A DNA stretch of 64,000 nt from Squalus acanthias (GCA_030390025.1 CM059433.1:5022001-5086000); one strand, 5' to 3'. Counted from the stretch's first letter, positions 1-13,660 are shown. Notes: generated by a model from the sequence alone, not told the origin. Program-made: numbers and translations.

Positions 1-673
1 ACGCTACATGCAAATCTGATTACACCATTCATGCAATTGTAATATCTGGTCACAACTATTACTCCTACATTTGCCAGGAAGAAATTGGGCTGAAGGTAGC
101 ACTGCAACTTCTTTCCAGAGCAGCTGGAAGCAGCTGAGCGCCAATGAAGCAGTGAGTTTAGAATGCTTATGCATAGCTTAGACAATCTCTTCAAGCAATT
201 TTTGAAAGTATGTATGGACCAGTAATTGGTATGTCATAAATTGTAATCTGAAATTTCAAAATATTTCTTGAAAAATCACATTAAAGGTTAAAACTGTGTA
301 TAGTTTTTAAATTGCTGAATTCTGTTCATAGCTCCTCTTAAGCTGCATGGAAACAATTTCCTAAGGTACAGTTGAAGTATACTATCTCAATTTTAAGTGT
401 AGAAGTGTTTTATTTCTCAAGTTGTAATGCATATATTATCTAAGGTTGCTACAAGCTATTTTTACACCAAAATATTTAATAAGATGTGTAGCACCTCCTC
501 TAGGGAAGCCGTTTTAAAATTTACTTGCCAAATTGAAATCTCATACCTTGTTGGTCTGCTTATGCATCAATTGTCGTGATTTAGTTTGATATTTTGTGCC
601 ATATAAATCTATGAAGGCCTGGTGCACAAACTCGGCATGTTAGAATCTCAAAGGGTTTTGTGTTTTGTTTCAG

Positions 674-768
674 AGGTTCACAAGCTGAAAGAAGAGGATG
701 AGAATATAATCAATATAAAAGTACAATTTGACAAACAGCTGTTGAATGAGAGGACACTCAAAACACAG
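674..768 (+). CDS. ROCK2: ROCK2 internal exon (coiled-coil, start of Rho-binding domain)
   Basis: tttcag|AG...ACACAG|gtaaca; phase 1->0; EVHKLKEEDENIINIKVQFDKQLLNERTLKTQ resembles ROCK2 ..IKAQFEKQLLTERTLKTQ. Confidence 0.95.
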
Positions 769-846
769 GTAACACAATGGAATCATATCTTAATTGTTAA
801 CAGTGGGTTCCCGGCATGTCACTGTAGCGCATCCAAGAAGCACATA

Positions 847-1199
847 CAGGAAACTCTTTGGTATCCGGCACTGACGGGACCGGGGTGGTGCCGGTTGATC
901 GAAAGTTCCGGATAACGGAGAGTTATATCTACCGAGGCTATTTTTAACAAAGAAAAATAAAAAAAATCAAGAAATGTGCAGTATACAGTATTTGGGTACT
1001 CACCTACAGAATGTTGTGTTAAATGGATGGTGGAAGATGCTTGATTAAGTACAGTACTACCCCCACTGACTAACTCGGCGTTCTCGGGCTCGGACTCGGC
1101 AACATTGCTGGTTATTTGAGAGGAGTTTTCGGAGGATGATTTTTGCCGGTTAAGAGAGAATTCCGGATATTTAGGTGCCGGTTAAACAAGAGTTTCCTG
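847..1199. mobile_element. TcMar/Tigger-type MITE, copy 1
   Basis: Perfect 12-bp TIR CAGGAAACTCTT/AAGAGTTTCCTG; TA on both sides. Confidence 0.85.
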
Positions 1200-1742
1200 T
1201 ACTTAATTTTGTTCAAACAATATTTTTAACTGGGCACCGGCTTTTTCTGGCAGTAAAATTGTGAGGCCATTGGCACTATTCATGGACATTCTTAACTTGG
1301 CCTTATTGCTGTGGTGTACTGGCATGATATCTGTACATTTCCCTAGGTTTTTTTTCTTAATATGAACCCGTCAAAAATTACTGCTGCTGTAACCTTCAAT
1401 CTCAGGAATTCTAATTCATGTCCACCCTGGTTTTTTTTCTCTTTATTGCACTCTGCATGGCACTCTTCAACCAGCCACTAGGAAGTGCACAAGGAATATT
1501 CTCGTCTGCTTTTGGAAGAGCCTTGCTTTCTTTTTAAGTACTTTGGCCCACTTATTTTCGTTGGAAAGAGTAACTTGCCTCTGTTTACCCTTCCTTGGAT
1601 GGGTCCTTTCATTTGCACAGCTGAGATGAGTTTGCCTTGTGGTGAATTTTAGCAGCAAAGCCTCAACTTTTGTGCACTGTCGTGCAACTTGCTGGTTTCC
1701 CTGTATATTGTGCAATCAGGTTATCTTTCACCAGTCTTTATC

Positions 1743-2266
1743 TTTCATAGGAACAAGAGTAGTTAATTCAGCCCCTCAAGCCTGTACCGCCATTCAATTA
1801 GACCATGACCAATCTGTATCTTAACTCTATTTGCTCCATTCTTGCAAGCCGGGATCTATTTTCTTTTTCCTAAAGTGAAAACGAATGGTTAAATTTTTTT
1901 TTTTTAAGTCTTTTGGAAACCAATGGAAGTCAGAAATGTAAAAGTGTCACGATCAGGGTACCTACTGACTGAATAAGTTTAAATTCCCTTTTTATTTGAT
2001 GTGATATTCCATATCCCTTAATACCCCTGGCTAACAAAAATCCAGCAATCTCAGTTTTGAAATTTTCAATTGGCCGAACCTCGACAGCTTTTTGGGGTAA
2101 GAGTTTTCTAGATTTCCACTACCCTTTGTGTGAAGAAGTGCTTCCTGACATCACTCCTGAATGGCCTAGCTCTAATTTTAAGGTTATGCCCCCTTGTTCT
2201 CGACTCCCCCCCCCCCCCCCCCCCCCCACTCCCCCACCAGAGGATAAAGTTTCTCTCTATCTACCT
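1743..2266 (-). mobile_element. CR1 LINE 3' fragments (interrupted; contain a poly-C run)
   Basis: Reverse complement of the CR1 3' tail found at 13560-13660 and 25900-26020. Confidence 0.7.
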
Positions 2267-2269
2267 TGA

Positions 2270-4330
2270 GAGGAGGAGAATGGAACTAGGGAAGGTAAAC
2301 TGGGAAAAAAAATTGACAGGCAAAGAGATAGAAAAGCAGTGGAAAATATTTGAAACAGTGATCAATAGAATTCAGGAGAAATATATTCCTCTTTTTAAAA
2401 AAAAAAACTAGCCAATAATGAAACATCATGGGTGAATAAAGACATGAGGGTAAAATTGAAACTGAAGCAAAAGGCATACTTGGTAGGTACATAGACAATA
2501 AATGAGAGGATGACAAAAGGGAATACGAAGAGGTTGGGAAAGAAGTTTAAAAAAAAAACTAGGAAAGCAGAGAGGAATTGCAAAATTAAATTATCAAGGA
2601 ATATAAAAAGAAATAATAAAGCGTTCTATAGACACACAAATAACAGAAGAAAAATCAGGATAGGGATAGGGCCAATGTGCCCTTTAATTTCTTTTGGTTG
2701 CGCGGCCCCACCGAGCATGTGCGGTTTTTCCTATTTAAAAGCTGGTGAGCTGGCTGCGTGGGAGCTGCAGAGCGTTGTGCGGCCGCTCAGTTTAAAGGGA
2801 ACATTGGATAGGGCCACTGAGGGATGCACAAGATAAACTCGCAGGTAATGACAGTGAAGACTAACAAGGTGGGCATGACATTAGAAGATCAATTGTTATT
2901 TTTAAATCTGAGATTGATAGATTTTTGTTAACCAAAAGTATTAAGGGATATGGGGCAAAGGAGGGTATACGGAGTTAGGTCACAGATCGGCCATGATCTC
3001 ATTGAATGGCAGAACAGGCTTGAGGGGCTCAATGGCCTCCTGTTCCTTTTGTTCCTAGAAGAAGAGAGCAAAAATGATACAAAGACATTTAAGATAGAAA
3101 GGGGCGAGATAATTAATAAACTAATAAAACTTGAGAGGATAAAACCCCTGATCCGGATGAAAGAGATAGCAGAGGCACTATTACATATTTCTAAAAATTC
3201 ATTCGAAAAGGGAATAGTGCCAGAGGACTGTCGGAAAGCTAATGTGATTCCTATATTTAAAAAGGGAGATAGACCATGTCCAGGGAACTATTGACCAGTT
3301 GGCTTAACATCGGTGGTCGGAAAGATTATAGAATCTTTACCCAAGGATGTAACTGAAAAACATCTAGAAACTGAAAATATAATAAAAGTAGTCAACACCG
3401 TTTTCAAAAGCGAATTGGAAGTACAATTTCAAAATTTGCGGACGACACCAAATTGGGGGGTGTAGTTAATGTAAAGGAAGAATGCGACAAAATACAAGAG
3501 GACATTAATAAACTTACAGAATGGGCGTGTAATTGGCAAATGAATTTCAATATAGATAAGTGTGAGGTGGTGCATTTTGGTTGGAAGAATAAAAAGGTCA
3601 CATACTGCTTGGATAATGAGTCTAAATTGGGTAGAGAAGAAAAGGGATCTTGGAGTACACATTGACAAATCACTAAATAGCGACGCACGTTAATAAGGCC
3701 ATTTAAAAAAAAAAAGTAAAACTAAACATTGGGTTTCATTTCTAGAGGGATAGAATTGAAAAGCGGAGAAGTTATATTAAATTTATATAGAACCTTGGTA
3801 AGACCACTTGTGTACTGTCCACAGTTCCAGTCTCCATATTTAAAAATAAAAGTATATAGAGGCACTGGAGAAGGTGCAAAAAAGATTCACAAAGGTGATT
3901 CCAGAACTGAGAGGATATACTTATCAGGAAAGGCTGAATAAGCTGGGGGCTCATTTCTCTAGAAAAGAGAAGGCTGAGGGGTGACCTGATAGAGGTCTTT
4001 AAGATAATGAAAGGGTTTGATAGAGTAATCGTAGAGAAAATGTTTACACTTGTGGGGAATCCAAAGTTAGAGGTCATAAATATAAGATAGTCACTAATAA
4101 ATACAATAGAGAATTCAGGAGAACTTCTTTACCCAAAGAGTGGTAAGAATGTGGAACTTGCAACCACAAAGAGTAGTTAAGGCAAATAGCATAGATGCAA
4201 TTAAGGGGAAGCTAGATAAGCACGTGAAGGAGAAAGGAAAAGGAGGATATGCTTCTAGGATTAGATGAAGAGAGATGGGAGGAGGCATAAACACCGGCTT
4301 GGACCAGTTGCCTGTTTCTGTGTTGTAGAC
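2270..4330 (+). mobile_element. CR1 LINE, degenerate ORF2/RT and 3' end
   Basis: ORF fragments ANVIPIFKKGDR..PGNY, KFADDTKLGG, WQMNFNIDKCEVVHFG. Confidence 0.9.
2673..2806. mobile_element. hAT-type MITE nested in CR1
   Basis: 14/15-bp TIR CAATGTGCCCTTTAA..TTAAAGGGAACATTG; 8-bp TSD GATAGGGC (2665-2672 / 2807-2814). Confidence 0.88.
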
Positions 4331-4336
4331 TCGATG

Positions 4337-5990
4337 TACCCTATCAAATCCTTTAATAATCTTAAAACACCTCAATTATACCCCCCCCCATCACCTTTAG
4401 TCTACTATACTGGAGGGAATACAAGCCTAATCTATGCAACCTGTCGTCATAATTTAGCCCTATTAGCCCCGATGTCGCTCTGGTGAATCTGCGCTGCACC
4501 CCCTCCAAGACCAATATATCCTTCGTGCGGTGTCCAGAACTCAATGCAGTTCTCTAGATACGGTCTAACCAGAGCTCATCCTTTTGTATTCCAGCCCTCT
4601 TGAGATGAAGGCTAACATTTCATTCGCCTTTTAAATTATTTTTTGTACCTGTCGACAAGTTTTGCTGATTTCTGTACATGGACCCCTAAATATCTCTGCT
4701 CCTCCACAGTTCCTAACTCTTCACCATTTAGAAAATACTCTGATCTATCTTCCTTGGGTCCAAAGTGGATGACTTCCCAAAGTTGAACTGTATCTGTCAC
4801 AGTTTTGCCCAATCACTTAATCTATCAATGTCCCTTTGCAACTTTCTGCTCCCATCTACACTACTTACTGTGTCACCTAGCTTAGTGTCATCAGCAAACT
4901 TGGATATATGGCTCTCTATTCCTTCATCGAAGTCATTGATAAATATAGTGAAAAGCTGAGACCCCAGTACAGATCCCTGGAGGACGCCACTAATCACAGC
5001 CTGCCAATTGGAGTACGTACCCATTATCTCTACTCTGTCTCCTATCTCCAAACCAATTCCCTATCCATGTCAAAAGGTTGCCTCCATTTCCACACACTTC
5101 CATTTTTCCTGTCTCTAGTGTAGAAGCCCATATAAATAACATCAATAGACACTCCCTTATTTACCACATTAGTGACTTCCTTAAAAATTCAACTAGGTTA
5201 GTTAGACATGACTTGCACTTTACAAATCCATGCTGGCTCTCTAATCAGTTCATATTTGTCCAGCTACTTAGTCACTCTGTCCCCAATAACAGATTCTAGT
5301 AACTTCCCCACAACAAACGGTCGACTAATGGGTCTATAATTTCCTGTTTTTTTCTCTCCTACTCTTCTTAAATAATGGAGTGACATTGGTAATTTTCCAA
5401 TCCAAGGGGATAATTCCTGAATCAAGAGAGTTTTGGAAGATAATGACAAAAGCATCTACAATTTCCTCACCTACTTCTTTTAACTCCCTGGGGTGGAAGC
5501 CATCAGATCCTGGAGCTTTGTCTATCTTTAGTCTCATTATTTTCTCCATTACCATTTTTTTGCTTGTATTATATCTAGTAAATTCCAGCCCTTGATTTAT
5601 TTTTAGCTTTCCTCGTTCTCTGGTACTTTATCCTCTTCCTCTACTGTGAAGACCGATGCAAAATAATTATTTAGCAAGTCTGCCATTTCCTTATTTTCAA
5701 TTACAATATCACCTGCATCTGTCTTTAAGGTGCCCACATTACCCTTAGTCACCCTCTTTCTCTTAATATACTTGTAAAAACTTTTAGTGTTGTCTTTGAT
5801 ATCCCTCAAGTTTTTCTTGTATTCCCTTTTTGCAGCTCATACTACTTTCTTTGTATCTCTTTGCTGTTCATATATATATATATATTCAGTCCGCTAAATC
5901 TCGACTATTCTTAGCATTTGCATAAGCCTTTTCTTTTAGTTTTATACTATCTGTCACCTCTTTTGTTGACCTAGGCTGTTTAATTCCACA
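4337..5990 (-). mobile_element. CR1 LINE, degenerate RT
   Basis: - strand ORFs QGSVLGSQLFTIFIND..SKFADDTKLG, DKAPGSDGFHPRELKE. Confidence 0.9.
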
Positions 5991-6400
5991 AGTAGAGCTC
6001 TTGCCCTATAGGCGTATGTACAGGTCTTATTTTATATTAAATACTTATTTGAACATAAGTATTGTTGTGTGCTTAAAAAAATAACTAAATAAATATCTGA
6101 TTTGGACCGGGATTGAAGATTATAAAGCTAAGTATAGACTGAGTCAATCGTAAAAAGTATAGAACACCGTGGTTCCTTCTCTGATCATGTAAATGTCCTG
6201 TTAAACAATGCAATTAGATAAAGTTGAAATAATGTAGGTTACGACGTTGGTTAAATATTTAGAAATTTTATTCAATAACGGGGAGAAATTCTTCCAGAAT
6301 CTTCTGAAAGTTGTACACTGGGTGGAGTCCACAGTGGGGCAAATTATTCATTGTTGAAGAATGTAAATTCACATCAAAATTATTATGTTTTATCATTTAG

Positions 6401-6592
6401 GCAGTCAATAAACTAGCTGAGATTATGAATCGTAAGGACATGAAGAGGGACCATGGCAGACGTGGAACTGACACTGACGTTCGTAAAAAAGAAAAAGAAA
6501 ATCGAAAACTACAATTGGAGCTAAGGTCAGAGCGGGAAAAGTTAACACAAATGATGATCAAATACCAGAGAGAGCTCAATGAAATGCAAGCG
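6401..6592 (+). CDS. ROCK2: ROCK2 internal exon (Rho-binding domain)
   Basis: catttag|GCAGTC...CAAGCG|gtaaga; 192 nt, phase 0->0; AVNKLAEIMNRK...KEKENRKLQLELRSEREKLTQMMIKYQRELNEMQA. Confidence 0.97.
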
Positions 6593-7199
6593 GTAAGATG
6601 ATGCATGAAGTTTGCCATACAGGCAAAGATAGAATTTTTTGCTACTCAAGAACCCAATTGTTCAAAATGTTTGTCTTGAGGTGAAATGTACAGGTTCTGT
6701 CCATATTGTTCTGTAGCAGTACTTGGATTTCTGATGCTGTTGATTTAGTCACAATGACTTGTAATAATAAGTCAGTCGTGCAAGATTCCACTCATTCGTT
6801 GGACTTAATTCTACAGGTACAGTCCAAAATATAGAAAAATGGACTAGGCCAGGCTAGTAGGAATTTTAAACCTTTAAATGTGGACAGTTTGCTCTATAGT
6901 TGCAATTTGTCCTGATTTGCTATTTTCTTTAACGGATTTGAAGATTTAAAAAAAAAAATAACATTAAAGAGCTAGCTTTCCCAGTGTACTCTTGTAGCTT
7001 TCATCAAATTGTAATTTTCAAATCCCTAAAGCATTTGGAATTGATGTGCGTTTTAGAAAAATAATTCACTAATTTAGTTGGCATAATTGTGTGTGTTCTT
7101 TCAATGTAGTAGTGTTCGCTGCCAATACTTTTAGGTTTTTTGTTGAAATGACGATTATAAAATCGAAAAACAATTTGTATACTGAGTGAAAACAGTACT

Positions 7200-9920
7200 T
7201 GCATAACAGGAACTCGGCTAGAGTAGGACTGAGGGGGAAGGAGGAGCACAGTGGATTCATTGAAATTTAAGTCACTAAGAATATAAACTTAACTAAGTTA
7301 ACTAACATTTATAGTGAGAATGGCAGCTCAGGAAGGAACAGTGAAGCACAGTTCCTGCAGGATATGGAAGTTTTGAGTAGCAGTTGTTAACTTGAGCAAA
7401 TAAATGTGCGGGAAGTGAGATTACTTGAAGTCAAGATCTCTGAACTGGAGTTGGAGACAATCAGACATATCGGGGGGTGGGGGGGGGAGGGGGGAGAGGT
7501 GAGAGGTGTTTCTCGAGGAAGAGCTTGAGGGTAGTCAACCTGCTGAGAGATGGGGACCTGGCAGTGGGAGAAGGAGTGGTGACTATCCACAAGTCAGGGA
7601 AAGCAAGGAGTAACAGGCTCGAGCAGGAACTTCAAGAGCAAATTGCCCTCTCCCAACATCTTTGAAACACTGGCTTCCTGTGAGGAGGATGAGGACCTGG
7701 GCAGGACCATCAAATAGATTGTAATAGCACCAAAAAAAATGTGATGGCTTGAGGAAGGTGGGGGGAGGCGGTGAGAATTAGCGATTCAGTTAGGAATGCA
7801 GTAATAATAGACTCAATAGTTAGATGGGTGGGCACTTATCTTTTGCAATCCAGATCGAGAGTCACAGATGCTTTATTGCCTCCAATGCACTAGGGTAAGG
7901 GACATTTCGGAAAGATTATGTAAGAGGAGGGAGAACAGCCAATCTTTGTGCTTCACGTGGGAGGCAATGATGCAGTAAAGGAAAGGACTGAAGTCCTGAA
8001 AAAGGACTTTCGGAGATTGGGAAGCCGGTTTGGGGGCGGGGACTTTGAGGATGGTAATCTTCGAATTACTCCTCCAGCCATGCACTAGAATTTAGAAAAG
8101 GTCTAGCACGCAGAAGGAATAAAAGTAATATCAAATTGACTTGTTCTAAGCAAGATAAAGACTGAGATAAAGGAATGAACTGCTATAATATTTTTAGGAG
8201 GGACAGAATAGGTAAAGGAGGAGTGGAAATGTTGGTGAAGGAGGGAAATACATGCTGTAGAGAGGATTGATGTACACAGAGTTTCGGACCGAGTCAATAT
8301 AGTTACAGATCAAAGATTAAAAAATGGATTGTTACGTTTGTGGGGTTGTACTATTGACCCTTAATTCTGGAAGCAAAGTAGAAGAGGAGATCTGTAGACA
8401 GATCAGGGAGATGAGTAGGATTAATAAAATTATTGTTCTAGGAGATTTTAATTACTCATATTTGGACAGAGCAGGATTAAACGGAGAAAAGGGAATGTGT
8501 GCAGGAATCCTTCCTCTAGCTATATGTTCATACACCTACATTTAGGCATTGCTGGATCTAGTAACTAAGTAGATGAATTAAATGTGGATGACCACCGTGA
8601 GAGTATTTACCATAACAAGATTTAATCTCCTAATGGAAACTGAAAACAATAGTACAAAAACAAAGGATTGGAATAGGGCAGATTTTAGAAAGGTAGGTGA
8701 GGTGGAAAGAGAAATTGGCACACAGGACTGGAGATTAACAATTGGTTACTTTTTAAAAGGAGATTTCAAAATTGCAGATTAAATACACAGCATTTAAAAA
8801 AAAAGCTACTTCCAAGTTTCAGAATTGTGTGGATAAATAGAGATTAGAAATGAATTAAAATTGAAGAAAAGGGCATTTGCAGCCTATAGTACAATAAAAA
8901 ATGTGAGAATATGAAAAAATAAGGAAAGAATTTATGGAAAACAAGAAGGGAGAATGAGGAGAAAATTTCAAATATTAAGAATGGTAAAGTATTCTATAAA
9001 TATATTGGTGAAAAGAAAATTCTTCAATTTTTGAGGTGGGCCCCTGAGGATAAGCGGAAATTGAAAGGGTACTTAACAAGTACTTTGCTTGAGTGCTTAC
9101 AAAAAAGGATATTGGGGAGCTTATTTTTCTTTAGCCTCTGTGAAGCGCCATAGGACATTTTTTCTGCATTAAAGGTGCTATATAAATGCAAGTTGTTGTC
9201 GAAGGAAGGAATCAGAGTGGGAGATAAGGGCAGTTTTTCACAGTGGCTGGAAGTGGGTAGCAGTGTCCCACAGAGTTCTGTTCTGGAACCTTTTCTGTTC
9301 ACTGTGTATATCAATGATTGGGATATAGAGCTGGAGGGCATGGTGTCCCAATTTGTAAACCGTACTAAAATAGGAGGAATAGCAAATAAATCTGAGGACC
9401 AAATTAAGCTGCAGGGGGATATTGATAAGATGATGAAATGGGAAATGAAGAGGCAGCTGTAATTCACTGTGAGATTGTACATTTTTTTTTTTTAAGTAAT
9501 ATTTATGGGGGGAAAGATGGACAATGTAGAAGAGCAGAGGGATTTGGGGGTTCAGGTTCATAACTTAAAAGCAGTACCTCAGTGGATAAGGATAAGTGGA
9601 CTTTAATGATTGAATTAGTGGCCATATCAACATTTAAGAATAGGTGTTGAAGAGGATGGAATAAAGGGATATGGCACACGGGATTAGGGCTATTGTTCCT
9701 GTGAAGGATTAACACTAACCTGCACCTGTTGGGCCGAATGGCTTCTTTCCATGTAATTCTATGTATATTGGATAAATAATTGAAGCAGAGGTACATACAG
9801 GGCCCTGGAGAGAGTGTTAAGGGCATTGGCATTAGATTTGGATTGCTCCAGCTAAGATCCAGCACAGACACATTGGGCCGAATGGCGACTTCCTGTGCTG
9901 AGCAGTTCTATGGTTCTGTG
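7200..9920 (+). mobile_element. Old, internally deleted CR1 relic retaining ORF1 esterase remnants
   Basis: AVIIDSIVR / RESQMLYCLQCTRVRDISERL / EQPIFVLHVGGND (7798-7971), then APE remnant IIVLGDFNY, RT remnant VPQSSVLEPFLFTVYIND and CR1 tails. Confidence 0.75.
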
Positions 9921-10222
9921 CCCATTCTACTACCATACAAGGGCAGAATTTCATTAGTGTGCAAGCTGACCCTATTTCTTTGGCAGTTTATGGTATGAGA
10001 TGAGAGTTTGAAGCATGCAACTCTTTTTTTTTCTCCCATGAAAATGGTAGGATCTGCAAAATTGAGGGTTGAAGGCATTCTTAGAAATTAAAAAGTAAAT
10101 AAAAATGATCTGGAAAGATGAAGGGAGATGGGAAATGGAAAGTTTCATTAATGTTGAAATGGATATTTGATTATTTTAATAACTCTACAGTTGTATTTGA
10201 GTTTTTAAAGGATTAGCTGGTA

Positions 10223-10449
10223 TAGAATCGTAGAATCATCGAAATTTATGGCACAGAAGGAGGCCATTTGGCCCATGTCTGTGCTGGCCGCAAAAGAGCT
10301 ATCCAGCCTAATCCCACTTTCCAGCTCTTGGTCCGTAGCCCTGTAGGTTACAGCACTTCACGTGCATATCCAAGTACTTTTTAAATGTGATGAGGGTTTC
10401 TGCCTCTACCACCCTTTTAGGCAGTGAGCTCCAGACCCCCACCACCCTC
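10223..10449 (-). mobile_element. CR1 3' tail fragment
   Basis: tagaatcgtagaatc tail repeat and CR1 3'UTR in reverse orientation. Confidence 0.75.
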
Positions 10450-10498
10450 AATGTATCAATGGGTATAATTCACCTACGCAACATTAATCTTCCAACAG

Positions 10499-10667
10499 CA
10501 AATTGCAGATGAAAGCCAGGTGCGAATTGAGCTGCAGATGGCACTAGACAGCAAAGACAGCGACATTGAACAACTTCGTTCTCAGCTGCAATTAATACAC
10601 GTGGGACTAGATACTACTAGTATTGGCAGTGGGCCTGGTGATGCAGAAGCAGATGATGGATTTCCTG
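10499..10667 (+). CDS. ROCK2: ROCK2 internal exon (end of coiled-coil, linker)
   Basis: ccaacag|CAAATT...CCTG|gtacgt; 169 nt, phase 0->1; QIADESQVRIELQMALDSKDSDIEQLRSQLQLIHVGLDTTSIGSGPGDAEADDGFP (ROCK2-type linker). Confidence 0.97.
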
Positions 10668-11034
10668 GTACGTATGTTTTTCTCTAAAAGTAAAAAGACT
10701 TATTGTTTTTGGGTACTTAAAATAATTACTGTTCATAGTTTGAATAATTGTTCCATTAAAATATAACCAATGTCTTGGTGAATGTTAATTTTGCATAATT
10801 CCCGTTATTCGGCTATGTATATGAAGTATGTGGCCTTTGGGAAGAAAATTATAGTCAAGAAAGATCGACACATGTTTAATGTATTTTGGTTATTTTACAC
10901 TTTTCTAATCAGTTTCTGGTTACTCTTCTAACATTGTTTTGAATCCAAGAGGTCAGTGGTATTTTTGAGTTTCTGTTTTTCTATCCCATGATGTTTGATT
11001 AAGCATTGCTTGGATCCTAACTTGCTAATAGTGT

Positions 11035-11500
11035 CGAAGTCAGGACCTTGATGCACTGGGGAGGATTCAAAGAAGAGCAATAAGGATGATACTAGGAGTT
11101 GGGGCTCTAAGTTATGCAGAAGGGCTTATAGAACTGAGCGCTTTTCACTGGAGAAAAATAGGTTCAAATGATGCGGAAGGCACGAAATGCTGAGAGGTAT
11201 AGATAATGTTGATGTGAACAGGCTAATTTGTCTTTGAGTGAGAGTGCAAAACTAGAGGGCATAGGTTCAAAGTGAATGAGATTGAAGAAAAATTTATTAG
11301 GCATTTTCCTTTGCTATAAAATAGTGGATATGCAGAACAGACTCCTAGAAAACACATTTGATGTGTCAATTAATTGTCTTCCAAAGGTAAAGAATAAATA
11401 TCTGGTTGGGTATAGGACTAGGTATTATGGGGATGGGTGAATGGCTATTTCAAAGTATGGTAGTTACTGTGGCAGGAGAAGACCTTTGATCCAACTAGCC
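11035..11500 (+). mobile_element. Old CR1 3' fragment
   Basis: Degenerate match to the RT C-terminal/3' region of other copies (..actagagggcataggttcaaagtg..). Confidence 0.55.
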
Positions 11501-11829
11501 TGTCCATTAATCCCTTCCTTGCTTTAACTGCCAAGATAGTATTAATCTCTCCATAAGTTGTCTACGCTACCAATGTGTTGATCCTATTGGTAAAAAATTA
11601 ATTCAGAATAAAAATCCATTTTGTAAAAAAACAAATAGCTATTTAGTTGATGGTATATATTGTTGTCTCCAAGAGTGGTAATTTTGCTTGGTATAGACTG
11701 GGACACAATAGTTCCTGTGATACTGGGTTTCAGGGATTGGATATGTTTAATATTCAGAGCAGCAGGCCAGGATTAAATAGTGTAATTGTGGGGATGGGTG
11801 AATTATTCCAGAGTTTTGCTTTCTTATCT

Positions 11830-13660
11830 TTTGAGAGTAAACTAGCAAGAGACATAAAAACAGATTGTAAAAGCTTCTATAAGTATGGAAAAAGGAAGAG
11901 ATTAGCAAAAGTAATTGTGGGTCCCTTACAAGCAGAGACAGGAGAAATTATAATGGGGAATAAGGAATTGGCAGAGACATTAAACAAATATTTTGTATCT
12001 GTCTTCACGGAAGAAGACACAAAAAACATTCTGGAAATATTGGGGAACCAAGGGTCTAGTGAGAATGAGGAATTTTAAGAAATTAGTATTAGTAAAGAAA
12101 TAGTACTGGAGAAATTAATTGGACTAAAAGCTGACACATTCCCTGGGTCTGATGGCCTACATCCTAGGTTTAAAAGAGGTGCCTACAGAGGTAGTGGATG
12201 CATTGGTTTTGATCTTCCAGAATTCCCTAGATTCTAGAACTGTTCCAAGAAAGGAGGGAGAGAGAAAACAGGGAACTATAGACCAGTTAGCCTAACATCA
12301 GTAGTAGGGAAAATGCTAGAATCTATTATTAGGGACGTGGTGACAGGGCACTTAGAAAATCATAATATGATTGGGCAGAGTCAACATGATTTTATGAAAG
12401 GGAAATCATGTTTAACAAATTTATTAGTTTTTTGAGGATGTAACTAGTAGGGTAGATAAAGGGGAACCACTGGATGTAGTGTATTTGGATTTTCAGAAAG
12501 CATTCGATAAGGCGGCACACAAGAGGTTTTTGCAGAAAATTAGTTCTCATGGGATTGGGGGCAATATATTAGCATGGATTGAGGATTGGTTAACACACAG
12601 AAAGCAGAGAGTAGAAATAAACAGGTCATTTTCGGGTTGGCAGGCTGTACCTAGTGGAGTTACCGCAAGGATCAGTGCTTGGGCCTCAGCTATTTACAAT
12701 CTACACCAATGACTTGGATGAGGGGACTGAGTGTAATGTATCCAAGTTTGCTGACTATGCAAAGTTAGGTGGTAAAGTAAGTTGTGTGGAGGATGCAAAG
12801 AGGCTGCGATGGGATATAGACAGGTTAAGTGAGTGGGCAAGAACATGGCAGATGGAGTATAAGGTGGGGAAATGTGAAGTTATCCACTTTGGTAGGAAAA
12901 ATAGAAAAGCAGAATATTTTTTAAATGGTGAGAAATTGGGAAATACTGGTGTTCAGAGGGACCTGGGTGTCCTTGTACACAAATCACTGAAAGTTAACGT
13001 GTAGGTACAGCAAGCAATTAGGAAAGCAAATGGTATGTTGGCCTTTATTACAAGAGGATCTGAGTGTAAGAGTATAGACGTCTTACAGCAATTATATAGG
13101 GCCCTGGTGAGACCACACCTGGAGTATTGTGTACAGTTTTGGTCTCCTTATCTAAGGAAGGATATATTTGCCATAGAGGGAGTACAATGTAGGTCCAGCA
13201 GACTGATTCCTGGGATGGGGGGATTGTCCTATGCGGAGAGATTGAGTAGACTAGGCCTACATTCCTTAGAATTTAGGATAATGAGATGTGATCTCATTGA
13301 AACATAAAATTCTTACAGGGCTTGACAGGGTAAATGCAGGGAGGATGTTTCCCCTGGCTGGGGAGTCTAGAACTAGGGTTTCTCGGTCTCAGAATAAGGG
13401 GATCAGCCATTTAGGACTGAGATGAGGAGAAATTTCTTCACTCGGAGGGTGGTGAATCTTTGGAATTCTCTACCCCAGAGGGCTGTGGAGGCTCAGTCGT
13501 TGAGTATATTCAAAACTGAGATCGATAGATTTTTGATACTAAGGAAATCAAGGGATATGGGAATATTGCAGGAAGATGGAGATGATCTTATTGAAAGGCG
13601 GAGCAGGCTCGAAGGACCGTATGGCCGACTCCTGCTCCTAATTCTTATGTCCCTATGTGT
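11830..13660 (+). mobile_element. CR1 LINE, 5'-truncated, RT to tail
   Basis: YLDFQKAFDK, PQGSVLGPQLF, KFADYAKLGG, LVRPHLEYCVQFWSP; tail ttcttatgtccctatgt. Confidence 0.93.
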
